24,536 nt of DNA, taken from Myxococcota bacterium. GTDB taxonomy: Bacteria; Myxococcota_A; UBA796; SXON01. The stretch lies in NCBI GenBank assembly GCA_040386535.1, contig JAZKFH010000060.1, positions 2,539-27,074 of the forward strand. The letters are read 5' to 3'. The notes under the pieces are model-generated. The model was given only the letters and a program-made list of their open reading frames with translations, did not search any database and was not told the origin of the DNA. Shown piece after piece: positions 8,004 through 18,864 of this stretch (its first letter is position 1; every line of letters starts with the position of its first letter). The position numbers were made by a program, and so were the translations under genes.

Positions 8004-8810
8004 TTACCGCTTTCCGCCCGGCTTGGAACCGCCCGGCTTCGACCCGCCAGACTTCGACCCAGGCTTGGCTCCGGGCCGACCGCCCGAGCGGGCCCCGGGC
8101 TTGGAACCGGGCTTGCCCCCGGACGCCGCGGCCGCGGGCGCGCCCGGCACCTTCGCCAGGTACACCACGTGCTTGGGGCCGCTCGGCGGCGGCGGGACGC
8201 GCTCGGTCTTGAAGCCGGCCGTCGCGAGGCGCTCCTCGAACGCCTTGTCGGGGTCTTCCGACCACACCGCGAGCACGCCGCCCGGCATCAACGCGCGGCG
8301 GCTGAGCGCGAGGGCGCGCGGGCCGTAGAAGGGATCGTCCAGGTCCTGGGTCGCGTCGTGGGGGCCCTCGTACAGATCCAGGACGATGGCGTGCCACAAG
8401 GCGGGGGCGCGCGTCGCCTCGATCGCCTTCGCCACATCCCCGATCACCAGGGTGGTGCGCGGATCGTCGAGGGGGTGGCCCGTCATCTCGGCCAGGGGCC
8501 CGCGGCACCAGCGCTCGACCACGGGGTTCATCTCCACGACCGTGACCTGCGCGGACTTGGGGAGGCTGTCGAGCGCCGCGCGGAGCGTGAACGCCATCCC
8601 GAGCCCGCCGATGAGCACGCGTGGCGCCGGAAACGTGGTGACGCGCTGGCACGCGGCCGCGGCCACCGCGCGCTCGGTGCGGACGGCGGTGCTGCTCATC
8701 AGCACGCGCCCGGCGACGGCGATGACGAAGTCCTTCGGGCCGCGCTGGCACAGCTCCAGGGGGCCTTCGGGGGTGTCGACACGATCGAGGATGGTCCAGG
8801 GACGGGGCAT
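8004..8810 (-). CDS. Spermidine synthase-like SAM-dependent transferase with Gly/Lys/Pro-rich tail
   Basis: RVLIGGLGMAFTL, VTVVEMNP, IVLDLYEGP and LMPGGVLAVWS (class I SAM fold). Start set at ATG 8810. Confidence 0.85.
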   Translation of the reverse strand: MPRPWTILDRVDTPEGPLELCQRGPKDFVIAVAGRVLMSSTAVRTERAVAAAACQRVTTFPAPRVLIGGLGMAFTLRAALDSLPKSAQVTVVEMNPVVERWCRGPLAEMTGHPLDDPRTTLVIGDVAKAIEATRAPALWHAIVLDLYEGPHDATQDLDDPFYGPRALALSRRALMPGGVLAVWSEDPDKAFEERLATAGFKTERVPPPPSGPKHVVYLAKVPGAPAAAASGGKPGSKPGARSGGRPGAKPGSKSGGSKPGGSKPGGKR

Positions 8811-8944
8811 GGCGCGGCTCTTAGCGTGCGGGGGGCGCGGGTGTGCCGCCGGAGGGCCGCTGGGGCCCCGCAGGGCGCTCGTCGTCCGCAGGCACCCTTG
8901 CCTGCCCGGGCACCGTGCGTAGATCCGGAGGCATCGGAGCTCCC

Positions 8945-9415
8945 ATGGACGCACGTAGAATCCTGCTCGTCGCCCACAAGACGGCCCTCGAGGAGCCGCT
9001 TCTCCAAGTCGTCCGGGCGCGGATCGCCAGCGGCCCCGTCTCGTTCGTCTTCCTCGTCCCGGCCACCGCGCCGCTCGCGGAGGGCCTGACCTGGGAGGAG
9101 TCCGAGGTGTGGAGCGCCGCCGAGGCGCGGATGCACGAGGCCGTCGCAACGTTGCGCACGCTGGGCGCGGACGTGGAGGGCAAGGTGGGCAACAACGACG
9201 CCCACGACGCCATCCTGGACGAGCTCCGGGCCTCCCCCTACAACGAGGTCGTCGTGTCCACCCTCCCGCACGCCGTGTCGGTCTGGCTCGGCCTCGACCT
9301 GCCGAACCGGCTGCGCGCGAGCACCTCGGTGCAGGTGACCCACGTGATCTTCGACCCGACGCGGCCCGCCCCGGAAGACCTGGACCTCACGTCGGACCGG
9401 CCGGCGCGCGCCTGA
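8945..9415 (+). CDS. Universal-stress-protein-like (adenine nucleotide alpha hydrolase-like) small protein
   Basis: RRILLVAHKT..., VEGKVG..DA.DAI, EVVVSTLP..VS.WL..DLP..L and VTHV; GGAG upstream of ATG 8945. Confidence 0.65.
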   Translation: MDARRILLVAHKTALEEPLLQVVRARIASGPVSFVFLVPATAPLAEGLTWEESEVWSAAEARMHEAVATLRTLGADVEGKVGNNDAHDAILDELRASPYNEVVVSTLPHAVSVWLGLDLPNRLRASTSVQVTHVIFDPTRPAPEDLDLTSDRPARA

Positions 9416-9463
9416 ACGGTGGCGGGGGGCTGACCACGGTCGCGCTCGGGCTATGGCCGGGGT

Positions 9464-10402
9464 GTGTCCTCCATCGTCCTCGCGCTGACCCTGCTCGTGA
9501 CCCCGTCGCTCCTCGGCGCGTCCGTGGTCCGCGTTGGCGCCCGGCCCTGGGAGCGGCTCGGAGGCCTGCTCGCGTTGGGCGGCCTGCTGCCGATGCTCGT
9601 GCTCGCGGCGCCGTGGCCCTGGGTGGGCCTCCCCACACGGTGGATCGTGCTGGCCGGTGGCCTCGGCTGCATGGTGGTCGGCGCAGGGCGGCTCGCGCGG
9701 ACGGGCCTCCGGCGACCTGCCCGTGCTGAGCTCGTGTGGCTGCTCGTCGGCCTCCTCCTGGGCCCCGCGTTCGGCTGGCAGGCAATCCAGGCGCTGAAGG
9801 GGCGGGTTCCTGACAGAGCGGCCGTAGCGTTGTCTTTCCCCCTGGAAGGCGGCCGCTTCGTGGTGGGGAATGGCGGGCGCACCCCGGTGGTCAACGGGCA
9901 CGGGCACGTGCGGGCGCAGCGGTACGCGTTGGATATCGAGGCGCTCGGTCCATGGGGCTGGCGCGCAAGCGGGCTCTACCCCGACAAGCTCGACGCCTAC
10001 GCCGTCTGGGACGCGGCGGTGGTGGCGCCGTGCGCGGGCGAGATCCTTGCGGCGACGGACGGGTTGAGCGACCTTCCGCCGGGCCAGGTGGACCGCGTGA
10101 ACCTCGCGGGCAACCACGTCGTGTTGTTCTGCGAGGCGGTTGCCGGGCGGGGGGTGACCGTGTTGCTCGCCCACTTTCGCCAAGGGACCGTCGCCGTGAC
10201 TGCCACGCAACGGGTGGAGGTCGGAGCGGCGCTCGGGCGCGTCGGCAACACGGGGAACACGTCGGAGCCGCACCTCCACGTGCACGCCGTCCGTGGGCGC
10301 CAGGAGGAGTTCGACACCGTGGCGTTCCTGGGCGAGGCCGCGCCGATGACGTTCGACGGGCGCTTCCTCGTCCGGAACGACGTCGTCGCCTCGCCGCGCT
10401 GA
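9464..10402 (+). CDS. M23 family metallopeptidase with N-terminal TM helices
   Basis: QRYALDI, VVAPCAGEI, GNHVVL, LAHFRQG and GRVGNTGNTSEPHLHVH (HxH). Confidence 0.88.
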   Translation: MSSIVLALTLLVTPSLLGASVVRVGARPWERLGGLLALGGLLPMLVLAAPWPWVGLPTRWIVLAGGLGCMVVGAGRLARTGLRRPARAELVWLLVGLLLGPAFGWQAIQALKGRVPDRAAVALSFPLEGGRFVVGNGGRTPVVNGHGHVRAQRYALDIEALGPWGWRASGLYPDKLDAYAVWDAAVVAPCAGEILAATDGLSDLPPGQVDRVNLAGNHVVLFCEAVAGRGVTVLLAHFRQGTVAVTATQRVEVGAALGRVGNTGNTSEPHLHVHAVRGRQEEFDTVAFLGEAAPMTFDGRFLVRNDVVASPR

Positions 10403-10428
10403 GACGCCTCCGGCGCCTTCCCCGCCCG

Positions 10429-11430
10429 CTACTCCGCGTTCTTCGCGTCGCGCTTCGCCTGGGCCTCGGCCTTCTTGGCGGCGCGCTCCTTCTTCTTGAA
10501 GTAGGGGCGCGTGAGGAAGTTGTGCTGGAGCGCCTCGAGGTCCTGGTTCAAGAGCACGGTGCCCTCGCTCAGGTTCGCCAGGGTCTTCTTCAGATCAGCG
10601 CCGGCCGGCTCGTCGTTGACCAGGGTGCCGATGGGCGTGTTGGGGTTGGCGGCGCCCTTGGCGATGCCGGCCATCATCTCCGACGCGGACGTGCTCGCGT
10701 CGTTCAGCTTGGCGACCGCCCCGGTGATGGCCGGGTAGGTCGTCTTGTCGGTGACGATCTGGTTCGGCAGACTCCCTTCCTTGTTCAGCTTGCCGGCGAA
10801 CGCGGAGAGGGACCCGGTGGCGTTCTGGGCGTTGGTCGAGGCGACGCCCAACGTGGTCACGGTGCCGTTCACGTTGGTGTAGAGGGTCTCGTCCATCAAC
10901 AGCTTGCCGACGGTGCCCTCGCCCTTCGCGATCTTGCCGCTGATGTCTTTGAGGTCGGTGGTGATGGCGAGCAGGTTGGTGTTGTTCTCCTGCAACATCG
11001 CCATGAGCGCCTCGCTCGAGACGGCGGGCTCGGTCAGCAGCACGTCGCCGTCTTCGAGGTGGGGGGCGCCGGGCGTGCCGCCGTACAACACGACGATCTT
11101 GTTGCCGATGAGCCCGTCGCTGCCGATCTTCGCGAGGGAGTCCTCCCGGATGAACTCGGAGGCCTTCCGGTCGACCTTCATCTCGATGAGGACGCGGCTC
11201 CCCTCCTGGAAGGCGAGATCCTTGACGATCCCCACCTTCACGCCGGAGAACCAGATGTTGTCGCCTTCCTGGAGCCCGTTCACCTCGTCGAACACCGCGG
11301 TCACGGTGAGCTTCTTGGTGAAGGTGTCGTTCAGGTCGCCGATGGTGAGGATGCCACCGGTGAGGATGCCGACGGCGGTCAGGACGAAGAGCCCGACCAC
11401 GACGGCTTGCCGATTGGGAGACGCGCTCAT
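10429..11430 (-). CDS. mlaD: MCE/MlaD family lipid-transport protein
   Basis: N-terminal TM, MCE motifs FDEVNGLQEGDNIWFSGVKVG and AKIGSDGLIGNK, long helical C-terminus. The ATG overlaps the mlaF stop (ATGA). Confidence 0.92.
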   Translation of the reverse strand: MSASPNRQAVVVGLFVLTAVGILTGGILTIGDLNDTFTKKLTVTAVFDEVNGLQEGDNIWFSGVKVGIVKDLAFQEGSRVLIEMKVDRKASEFIREDSLAKIGSDGLIGNKIVVLYGGTPGAPHLEDGDVLLTEPAVSSEALMAMLQENNTNLLAITTDLKDISGKIAKGEGTVGKLLMDETLYTNVNGTVTTLGVASTNAQNATGSLSAFAGKLNKEGSLPNQIVTDKTTYPAITGAVAKLNDASTSASEMMAGIAKGAANPNTPIGTLVNDEPAGADLKKTLANLSEGTVLLNQDLEALQHNFLTRPYFKKKERAAKKAEAQAKRDAKNAE

Positions 11431-12248
11431 GGGAGCCTCTTGGGGACCGCGTCCAGCTCGGAGGCCGGGCCGACGGGGTTCGTGAAATTGTAGTCGTAGA
11501 AGCCGGCGATCCGCGGGTCGTCCGAGGCGAACACCTCGTCGAACGTCCCCACCCGGAGCATCACCCCCTCGAGCAGCATCGCCACCCGTTCCCCGACCGA
11601 ACGCGCGCACGTCAGATCGTGGGTGATGATGATGGCGGCCGTGTGGTAGGTCTGCTGCACCTGGTTGATCAGCTCGTTGATCTCGTTGCTGGTCACCGGA
11701 TCCAGGCCCGCCGTGGGCTCGTCGTACAACATGATCTCGGGGCGGAGGATCAGGGTGCGGGCGATGCCGATGCGCTTGCGCTGCCCGCCGGAGAGCTCGG
11801 ACGGCATCTGGTCGCGCGCCTGCGCGAGCCCGACCGCCTCGAGGGACTCCATCACGCGGTCCCGGATCTCGCCCGCGCCGAGGCCGGTGGTGTTCATGCG
11901 CAGCGGGAACTCGAGGTTCTGCGACACCTTCATGCTGTCGTACAACGCGCTGTTCTGGAACGAGAAGCCGACGCGCCGGCGCAGCGCGTCGAGATCCTTG
12001 CGGTTCAGCTTGTGTACGTGCTTTTCCAGGACGACCACGTCGCCTGCGTCGGGCGTGAGCAGCCCCACGAGGATCTTGATGAGGACGGATTTACCGGTGC
12101 CGGAGCGCCCGAGCACGACCACGTTCTCGGCCTTGTGCACGTCCAGATCGACGCCGCGGAGGATCTCCCGCTCGCCGAAGGCCTTCTTCAGGCCGCGTAC
12201 GGAGATGACGGTGGGGCGCTCGGCGGCCGGAGGCAGGGTGGGTGGCAC
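11427..12248 (-). CDS. mlaF: ABC transporter ATP-binding protein, MlaF/Mkl type
   Basis: Walker A GRSGTGKS, FQNSALYDS, MPSELSGGQRKR, YDEPTAGLDP and ITHD. Confidence 0.95.
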   Translation of the reverse strand: MPPTLPPAAERPTVISVRGLKKAFGEREILRGVDLDVHKAENVVVLGRSGTGKSVLIKILVGLLTPDAGDVVVLEKHVHKLNRKDLDALRRRVGFSFQNSALYDSMKVSQNLEFPLRMNTTGLGAGEIRDRVMESLEAVGLAQARDQMPSELSGGQRKRIGIARTLILRPEIMLYDEPTAGLDPVTSNEINELINQVQQTYHTAAIIITHDLTCARSVGERVAMLLEGVMLRVGTFDEVFASDDPRIAGFYDYNFTNPVGPASELDAVPKRLP

Positions 12249-13076
12249 TCAGAAGCCCCGGATCCAGAGGATGACCTGCACGATGAGCACTTCTTCGATG
12301 AAGACGGCGAACATGGAGAGGACCACCGCGCGGTTCGCGGCACGACCCACGCCCTCGGTGCCCGACGTGGCGTTGAAGCCCTGGTAGCAGGCGATGATCC
12401 CGACGGTGAAGCCGAACGCGAAACACTTCGTGACGGACGACCACACGTCGAGAAAGCCGATGCTCCCGAAGCCGCCCTTCATGAACGCCGCGAGGCTGGT
12501 GGCCTCGTTCCCGTGCACGTTCAGGTAGGAGCCGAACAGGCCGACGAAGCAGCAGTACAGCATCAACGCCGGCACCATGAACGTGGTCGCGAGCGTACGC
12601 GTGACGACCAGGAACTTGAACGGGTTGATGGCCGAGACCTCCATCGCCTCGATCTGCTCCGTCACCTTCATCGAGCCGAGCTCGGCGCCGATGCTCGAGC
12701 CCAGCTTGCCCGCACAAATCAGCGCGGTGATGAGCGGGGCCAATGAGCCCACCAGCGCGATGGTGATGAGCGAGGGCAGCCAGGACGTGGCGCCGAACGC
12801 CGCGAGGGAGGGCCGCGAGTTCTTGGTGAAGACGATGCCGGTGATGAACCCGGTCACGGTCACCAGCGGCAGCGACTTGAAGCCGACCACGTAGCACTGG
12901 TTGATCAGCTCGCGGAAGTGGTACGGCGGGCGCACCACCTCGGCGAAGAACCGCTTGAGAAAACTCGCGCCGTTGTACACGTCGATCGCGACGGCGTCGA
13001 TGCCGGGCGCGATGACTGCGCGCCGCCGGCGCTGAGGCGCCAGGGTATCGGAACCGGCGGGGGGCTTGGCTGACAT
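12249..13076 (-). CDS. mlaE: MlaE family ABC permease
   Basis: GSSIGAELGSMKVTEQIEAMEVSAINPFKFLVVTR and CYQGF...GTEGVGRA...AVV. Confidence 0.95.
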   Translation of the reverse strand: MSAKPPAGSDTLAPQRRRRAVIAPGIDAVAIDVYNGASFLKRFFAEVVRPPYHFRELINQCYVVGFKSLPLVTVTGFITGIVFTKNSRPSLAAFGATSWLPSLITIALVGSLAPLITALICAGKLGSSIGAELGSMKVTEQIEAMEVSAINPFKFLVVTRTLATTFMVPALMLYCCFVGLFGSYLNVHGNEATSLAAFMKGGFGSIGFLDVWSSVTKCFAFGFTVGIIACYQGFNATSGTEGVGRAANRAVVLSMFAVFIEEVLIVQVILWIRGF

Positions 13077-13118
13077 CGTGTGCTCTCTAGGTGCGGCCGA
13101 CCGCGACGGCTCTCTAGC

Positions 13119-13883
13119 CTACGGGTTGGCCGCGCGCTTGAGCTCTTCGAAGCCGGGCAGCGTCGAGAGGTCCGGAACCACGACGATCTCGATGCGGCGG
13201 TTCGAGGCGCGGGTGGTGTCCGACGTATTGGGCGTTACCGGGCGCTCGGAACCGTAGCTGGCGACGCTGACCCGCTTCGTGGGCAGGCCCGCCTCGATCA
13301 TCGTCTTGACGACCGTGAGCGAACGGCCCGCCGCGAGCTCCCAGTTCGAGGGGTACTGCGCGGTCTTGATCGGCACGTCGTCCGTGTGGCCCTCGACCTG
13401 GAAGTCGCGGTCCGGGATGGTGGCGAGCACCTTGCTCACGTCGACGATGGCGGCCTTGCCCTCGGGGGAGAGCTCCGCGGAGCCCGAGGAGAACAGGATG
13501 TCGGTCGCGAGCTCGACGACCATGCGGCCGTTGACGATCTTGACCTTGAGCTTGCCCGAGTCGATGAGCGGCTGGAACCGCGCGAGGAGGGACTTGTACT
13601 CGGCGATGCGCGCGTCGGAAGCGGCCTTCCGTTCGGCGAGCTCGCGGAGGGCGGACTCCATCTCGGTGACGGAGCCCTTGAGCGCGGACGCGTCCGAGAT
13701 CAGGCGGGTCCGCTCGGCGGCGAGGGCCTCGCTCTTGGCGGTCTCGGCAGCGAGCGCGTCGGCCAGCGAGGTGCGCTCCGCGGCGGCGGTGGCGAGCTCG
13801 GAGCGGGTGCGGTCGAGGTCGACCTGGAGGGCGTCGAACTTGCCCTTGCCGACACACGCGAGCAACATGAAGAAGGTGAACAT
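13119..13883 (-). CDS. OmpA/MotB-type peptidoglycan-binding lipoprotein with N-terminal coiled coil
   Basis: LLA-C lipobox, heptad region, ILFSSGSAEL, VEGHTDDVPI, YPSNWELAAGRS and NRRIEI. Start set at ATG 13883. Confidence 0.88.
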   Translation of the reverse strand: MFTFFMLLACVGKGKFDALQVDLDRTRSELATAAAERTSLADALAAETAKSEALAAERTRLISDASALKGSVTEMESALRELAERKAASDARIAEYKSLLARFQPLIDSGKLKVKIVNGRMVVELATDILFSSGSAELSPEGKAAIVDVSKVLATIPDRDFQVEGHTDDVPIKTAQYPSNWELAAGRSLTVVKTMIEAGLPTKRVSVASYGSERPVTPNTSDTTRASNRRIEIVVVPDLSTLPGFEELKRAANP

Positions 13884-14089
13884 GGGGGCTCCGAAACGCT
13901 CGCGAGGTCGCAAGCGGGTTGGGGGCGGGGCTCGGTGTGAGCGCCCACCCCGGCGACGTTTGGTCCGTCCCCGCTCGATAGCCCACCGTCTAGTGCTGGG
14001 GTTCCGTCGCACCAGATTCGCGACCACTGGGAACATTCGGGAACGCGCCACGTGTGGTCGCGACGAGATCGGCGCCGGGTGGAGGCGCG

Positions 14090-14119
14090 GGGTCCCGACA
14101 GAGAACGCCGTCGGGACCC
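14090..14119 (-). terminator. Stem-loop just downstream of the ice-binding protein gene
   Basis: gggtcccgac / gtcgggaccc perfect 10-bp stem with a 10-nt loop, 10 nt after the stop. No U-tract, so the function is uncertain. Confidence 0.45.
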
Positions 14120-14129
14120 GAGGCTTGCT

Positions 14130-15658
<1,529 letters not shown>

Positions 15659-15662
<4 letters not shown>

Positions 15663-16813
15663 TTGGCACTTCCGTCATTCAGGAGGATGAAGTTCACCAT
15701 GAACTCGACGCGGCGATTGTTCTCGCGGCCCGAGACCGTGGCATTGGTGTCGATCGGCACGGACGAGCTGAAGCCCTTCGAGACGAGCCGCTCCTGCGCG
15801 ATGCCGTGTGACACGAGGTAGTCCAGCACCGCCTTGGCGCGGGCCTCGGAGAGGGTCTGGTTGTGGGCGTCCCCACCGGTCGAGTCCGTGTGGCCCTCGA
15901 CCTGCACGCGGAAGCCCTTGTTGTCCTCGAGCGCCTGGACGACCTCGTCGAGCACGGGGAAGGAGGCCGCCTCCAGGGTGGCCGCGTCGTAGGCGAAGTA
16001 CAACTTCTCCTTGAGCTCGAGCTTGTCCTTCTTGACGACGACCTTCTTGTAGGTGGGGCAACCGTAGTCGTCCGCGTTGCCGACCACGTCCGGGCAGCGG
16101 TCGACCGTGTCGGGGATGCCGTCCTTGTCGGTGTCGGCGCAGGCCACGACCTCGGGGCACGTGGGGCACGGCACGACCTCGGTGTGCGTGACGACGGTGG
16201 GCGCCGCAGGCACCGCGTCGCGCTTGATGCCGTTGCCGGCCTCGAGGCTGATGCCGAACGACAGGAGCTTCGCGTCGTGGTTGTCGAAGCCAGCGCGGGT
16301 CTCGGGCTGCCCGACATGGAGGTAGCGCACGAACGGGCCGATCCAGAAGGTGCGGGACGCGCCGACGGGGAAGGACACGCCGACCGCGGCGTCGAAGCCG
16401 GGGCGGGCCAGCTCACCGGTGCGGACGTAGAGCGCGTCCGCGTCGAGCCAGGGCGAGATCCCGCCCACGCTCTCGGCGTCGTGAGGCCGCTTCAGGCGCA
16501 GACCGCCGCCGAAGCCCCACACCACGCCGGTGTCCATGTCGGCCTCGGCGCCGGGGAGCAGGTGAAACGAGGCGGTCGGGCCGATGTCGAGCCACGGGGT
16601 GAGGCCGAACAGCACCTTGAGCGCCTCGCCGCCGCCCACGCCGAAGCGGTCCGACTGGGGCGCGGAGAGCGGGACCATCACGTCGGGCTCGAGCTTGAAC
16701 GCGACATCCACGGCGTGCGCGGCCGTGGGGATCGCGAGCAGCGCCAGGGCGAGGCCGGCGGGCAGAAAAGCTGCCCGCCGGGTCCTGTTCCTGCGTGGTG
16801 ATTTGTGTAACAT
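15659..16813 (-). CDS. OmpA family outer-membrane protein (putative N-terminal beta-barrel, TSP3-like Ca-binding repeat, OmpA C-domain)
   Basis: Signal ending AHA, amphipathic strands, DTDKDGIPDTVDRCP, VEGHTDSTG..NQTLSEARA and GRENNRRVEF. The stop overlaps the IBP ATG (ATGA); AGGGAG lies upstream. Confidence 0.92.
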
Positions 16814-16911
16814 TTGCGTCTCCCTGTCATCGTTTGTGTGCCATTGTCAGTCGCTGTCATCGGCCGGGATTGTCACCGCTTGAGCGCACTGCCATCTCAA
16901 TGACCTTCTGT

Positions 16912-16927
16912 TGCAAGTGTCGCGCCA
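16912..16927 (-). promoter_or_regulatory. Sigma54 (-24/-12) promoter for the ompA + ice-binding gene pair
   Basis: Minus strand reads TGGCGC-GACAC-TTGCA: invariant GG and GC at correct spacing, ~100 bp upstream of the ompA ATG and adjacent to a sigma54 activator gene. Confidence 0.85.
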
Positions 16928-16990
16928 GGGGGTGTGTCACAAGCGATCCAGCTACTTGCGGATTTCCGCGTCGCGACACCTTGCCGGGTT

Positions 16991-17027
16991 CCATCAAAAT
17001 GATGTAGGCTTCCCATCAAAGCGATGG
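16991..17027. promoter_or_regulatory. Tandem palindromic candidate enhancer (UAS) sites
   Basis: CCATC-AAAAT-GATGT (16991-17005) and CCATC-AAAGC-GATGG (17013-17027), 22 bp apart, ~90-125 bp upstream of the predicted sigma54 start site. Confidence 0.7.
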
Positions 17028-17039
17028 AGCCGCCCGCCG

Positions 17040-18683
17040 ATGCGCGCCGAAGACCTCGATCTGAAGCAGCTCCTGGAGCTCGACCCCGAGGGCGGGGTGA
17101 TCCGCTTCGCCGGCCAGCGCGCGCTCCTGCTCGACGCGGTGGCCATGGGCCTGCTGCGGAAGTACCTCGTCGAGAACTTCGGCCTCACCGCCGCACGCAC
17201 GGTGCTCACCCGGTTCGGCTTCGCGCACGGGTGGCGCATGGCCGAGGCGATTCAGTCCCAATTCACGTGGGACAGCAAGGAGGATTGGCGCAGCGCCGGC
17301 ACCCGGATCCATGCGCTCCAGGGCCTGTTCCGCATCGAGCCGGGGAGCAAGGGTCCGCTCGCCAAGGAGGGCGTGATGCTGGTCGCCTCCTACGAGGCGG
17401 AGCAGCACCTGCTGCACTTCGGGCGCTCGGACGTGGCGGTGTGCTGGACCATCTGCGGCCTCGTCAGCGGCTACCTCAGCCGGAGCGAGGGCAAGGACTT
17501 GTACGTCCTGGAGGACCGCTGCATGGGCAAGGGAGATGCCGCCTGCCATCTCGCCGGGCGCACCCGCGAGCAGTGGGGGGAGGCGCGCGCCGAGGAGATC
17601 CGCTACTTCGAGCCGAACCGCCTCCAGGAGACGCTCGACGCGTCGCTCCAGCGGGTCACCTTGACCCTCAAGGCGGCCGAGCGGAAGCTCCGGGAGCACC
17701 GGCGGGCGCTCGTGCGGGTGGCCCCCGACGTCGACGAGCCGCTGGGTATCGTCGCCAAGAGCGCCCCGATGCGTGTGTTGGTCGACCTCGCGCGGCGCGT
17801 CGCCACGGTCGACTCCACGCTCCTCATCACCGGCGAGAGCGGCGCGGGCAAGGAGCGCATCGCTCGCCTCGTGCACGACGAGTCGACCCGCGCGTTGGGT
17901 CCCTTCATCGCCGTCAACTGCGGCGCCATCACCGAGACCCTCCTCGAGAGCGAGCTGTTCGGGCACGCCCGCGGCGCCTTCACCGGCGCGACCAGTGATC
18001 GCCCGGGTCTGTTCGAAGCCGCCAACACCGGCACGCTGCTGCTGGACGAGGTCGGAGAGGTGTCGCCCGCCATGCAGGTCAAGCTCCTACGGGCGCTCCA
18101 GGAGCGCGAGATTCGGCGCGTCGGCGAGAACAAGAGCCGACGGATCGACGTACGCGTGCTCGCCGCCACCAACCGTGACCTCGCGCTGGCGGTGTCCGGC
18201 GGCCAGTTCCGCCAGGACCTCTACTACCGGCTCAAGGTCATCGAGCTGCACGTGCCGCCGCTCCGCGAGCGCCGGGACGACATCCTGCCGCTCGCCCGTG
18301 TGCTGCTCGCGGACGCGGCCCTGCGCATGAAGCGCAAGATCGCGGGCCTCGCCCCCGACGTGGCGGATCAGCTCGTGCGCTACCACTGGCCAGGCAACGT
18401 GCGCGAGCTCGAGAACACGATGGAGCGCGCCGTGGCGCTCGCGCGCGGCAGCCGCGTGGAGATCGAGGACCTCCCCGAGGAGGTGCGCCAGGCCTTTCCG
18501 CGCCCCGTGGCGGCCAAGGGCGGCGTGCGCCCCCTGGACGAGGTCGAGCGGGACTACATCCTCGCGGCGCTGGAGCTCAACGGCGGGAACCAGACGCGCA
18601 CGGCCGAGCAGCTCCAGATCGGCACCGCCACGCTTTACCGCAAGCTCAAGGCGTATGGGACGCGGAGGACGGGGGCGCCTTGA
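17040..18683 (+). CDS. Sigma54-dependent activator, XylR/DmpR architecture (XylR_N + V4R + AAA+ + Fis HTH)
   Basis: GVIRFAGQRALLL, SYEAEQHL, VCWTICG..SGYLS, EDRCMGKGDAAC, GESGAGKE, ESELFGHARGAFTGA, LLDEVGE, FRQDLYYRL, WPGNVRELEN and TLYRKLK. Start set at ATG 17040. Confidence 0.95.
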   Translation: MRAEDLDLKQLLELDPEGGVIRFAGQRALLLDAVAMGLLRKYLVENFGLTAARTVLTRFGFAHGWRMAEAIQSQFTWDSKEDWRSAGTRIHALQGLFRIEPGSKGPLAKEGVMLVASYEAEQHLLHFGRSDVAVCWTICGLVSGYLSRSEGKDLYVLEDRCMGKGDAACHLAGRTREQWGEARAEEIRYFEPNRLQETLDASLQRVTLTLKAAERKLREHRRALVRVAPDVDEPLGIVAKSAPMRVLVDLARRVATVDSTLLITGESGAGKERIARLVHDESTRALGPFIAVNCGAITETLLESELFGHARGAFTGATSDRPGLFEAANTGTLLLDEVGEVSPAMQVKLLRALQEREIRRVGENKSRRIDVRVLAATNRDLALAVSGGQFRQDLYYRLKVIELHVPPLRERRDDILPLARVLLADAALRMKRKIAGLAPDVADQLVRYHWPGNVRELENTMERAVALARGSRVEIEDLPEEVRQAFPRPVAAKGGVRPLDEVERDYILAALELNGGNQTRTAEQLQIGTATLYRKLKAYGTRRTGAP

Positions 18684-18689
18684 TCACAG

Positions 18690-18720
18690 CCGGGTATGTC
18701 ATCCTTTATCGCATACCCGG
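18690..18720. other. Inverted repeat downstream of the activator gene
   Basis: ccgggtatg (18690-18698) and catacccgg (18712-18720) around an AT-rich 13-nt core. Confidence 0.6.
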
Positions 18721-18723
18721 AGC

Positions 18724-18864
18724 GACCTCGGTGAGGCGCACGCCATTGGCGTTGCCGTCGAGCTTGGCGCGGACCGACTGCTCATCGATGAGCGGCGGGG
18801 GCGCCTGACGGCCGAGGCAATGGGGATACGGGTGGTCGGCTCGATCGGCATCCTCATCGCCGCG
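18724..18864 (+). pseudogene. Internal fragment of a DUF3368/COG2405-type PIN-domain gene
   Basis: DLGEAHAIGVAVELGADRLLIDERRGRLTAEAMGIRVVGSIGILIAA matches the GE..AI.LA....lliDEr.gR..A...G..v.G.lG.L pattern. The N-terminal PIN half and the C-terminus are missing, and there is no credible start. Confidence 0.75.

Noticed and set aside
13119..13883. Flagellar stator motB
   Set aside because: No MotB N-terminal TM with the conserved Asp and no adjacent motA; it has a lipobox instead.
14035..14050. Sigma54 promoter for the MotB-like gene
   Set aside because: TGGCGC is present but the -12 position reads CGAA.
16828..16843. Second sigma54 site (TGGCAC, minus strand) near the ompA start
   Set aside because: The -12 position reads CGAT rather than TTGC.
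16970..16985. Plus-strand sigma54 promoter for the activator
   Set aside because: It has TTGC but lacks the invariant GG at -24.
18690..18720. dif/Xer site
   Set aside because: One arm is vaguely XerC-like on the reverse strand, but there is no XerD arm (TTATGTTAAAT-like).
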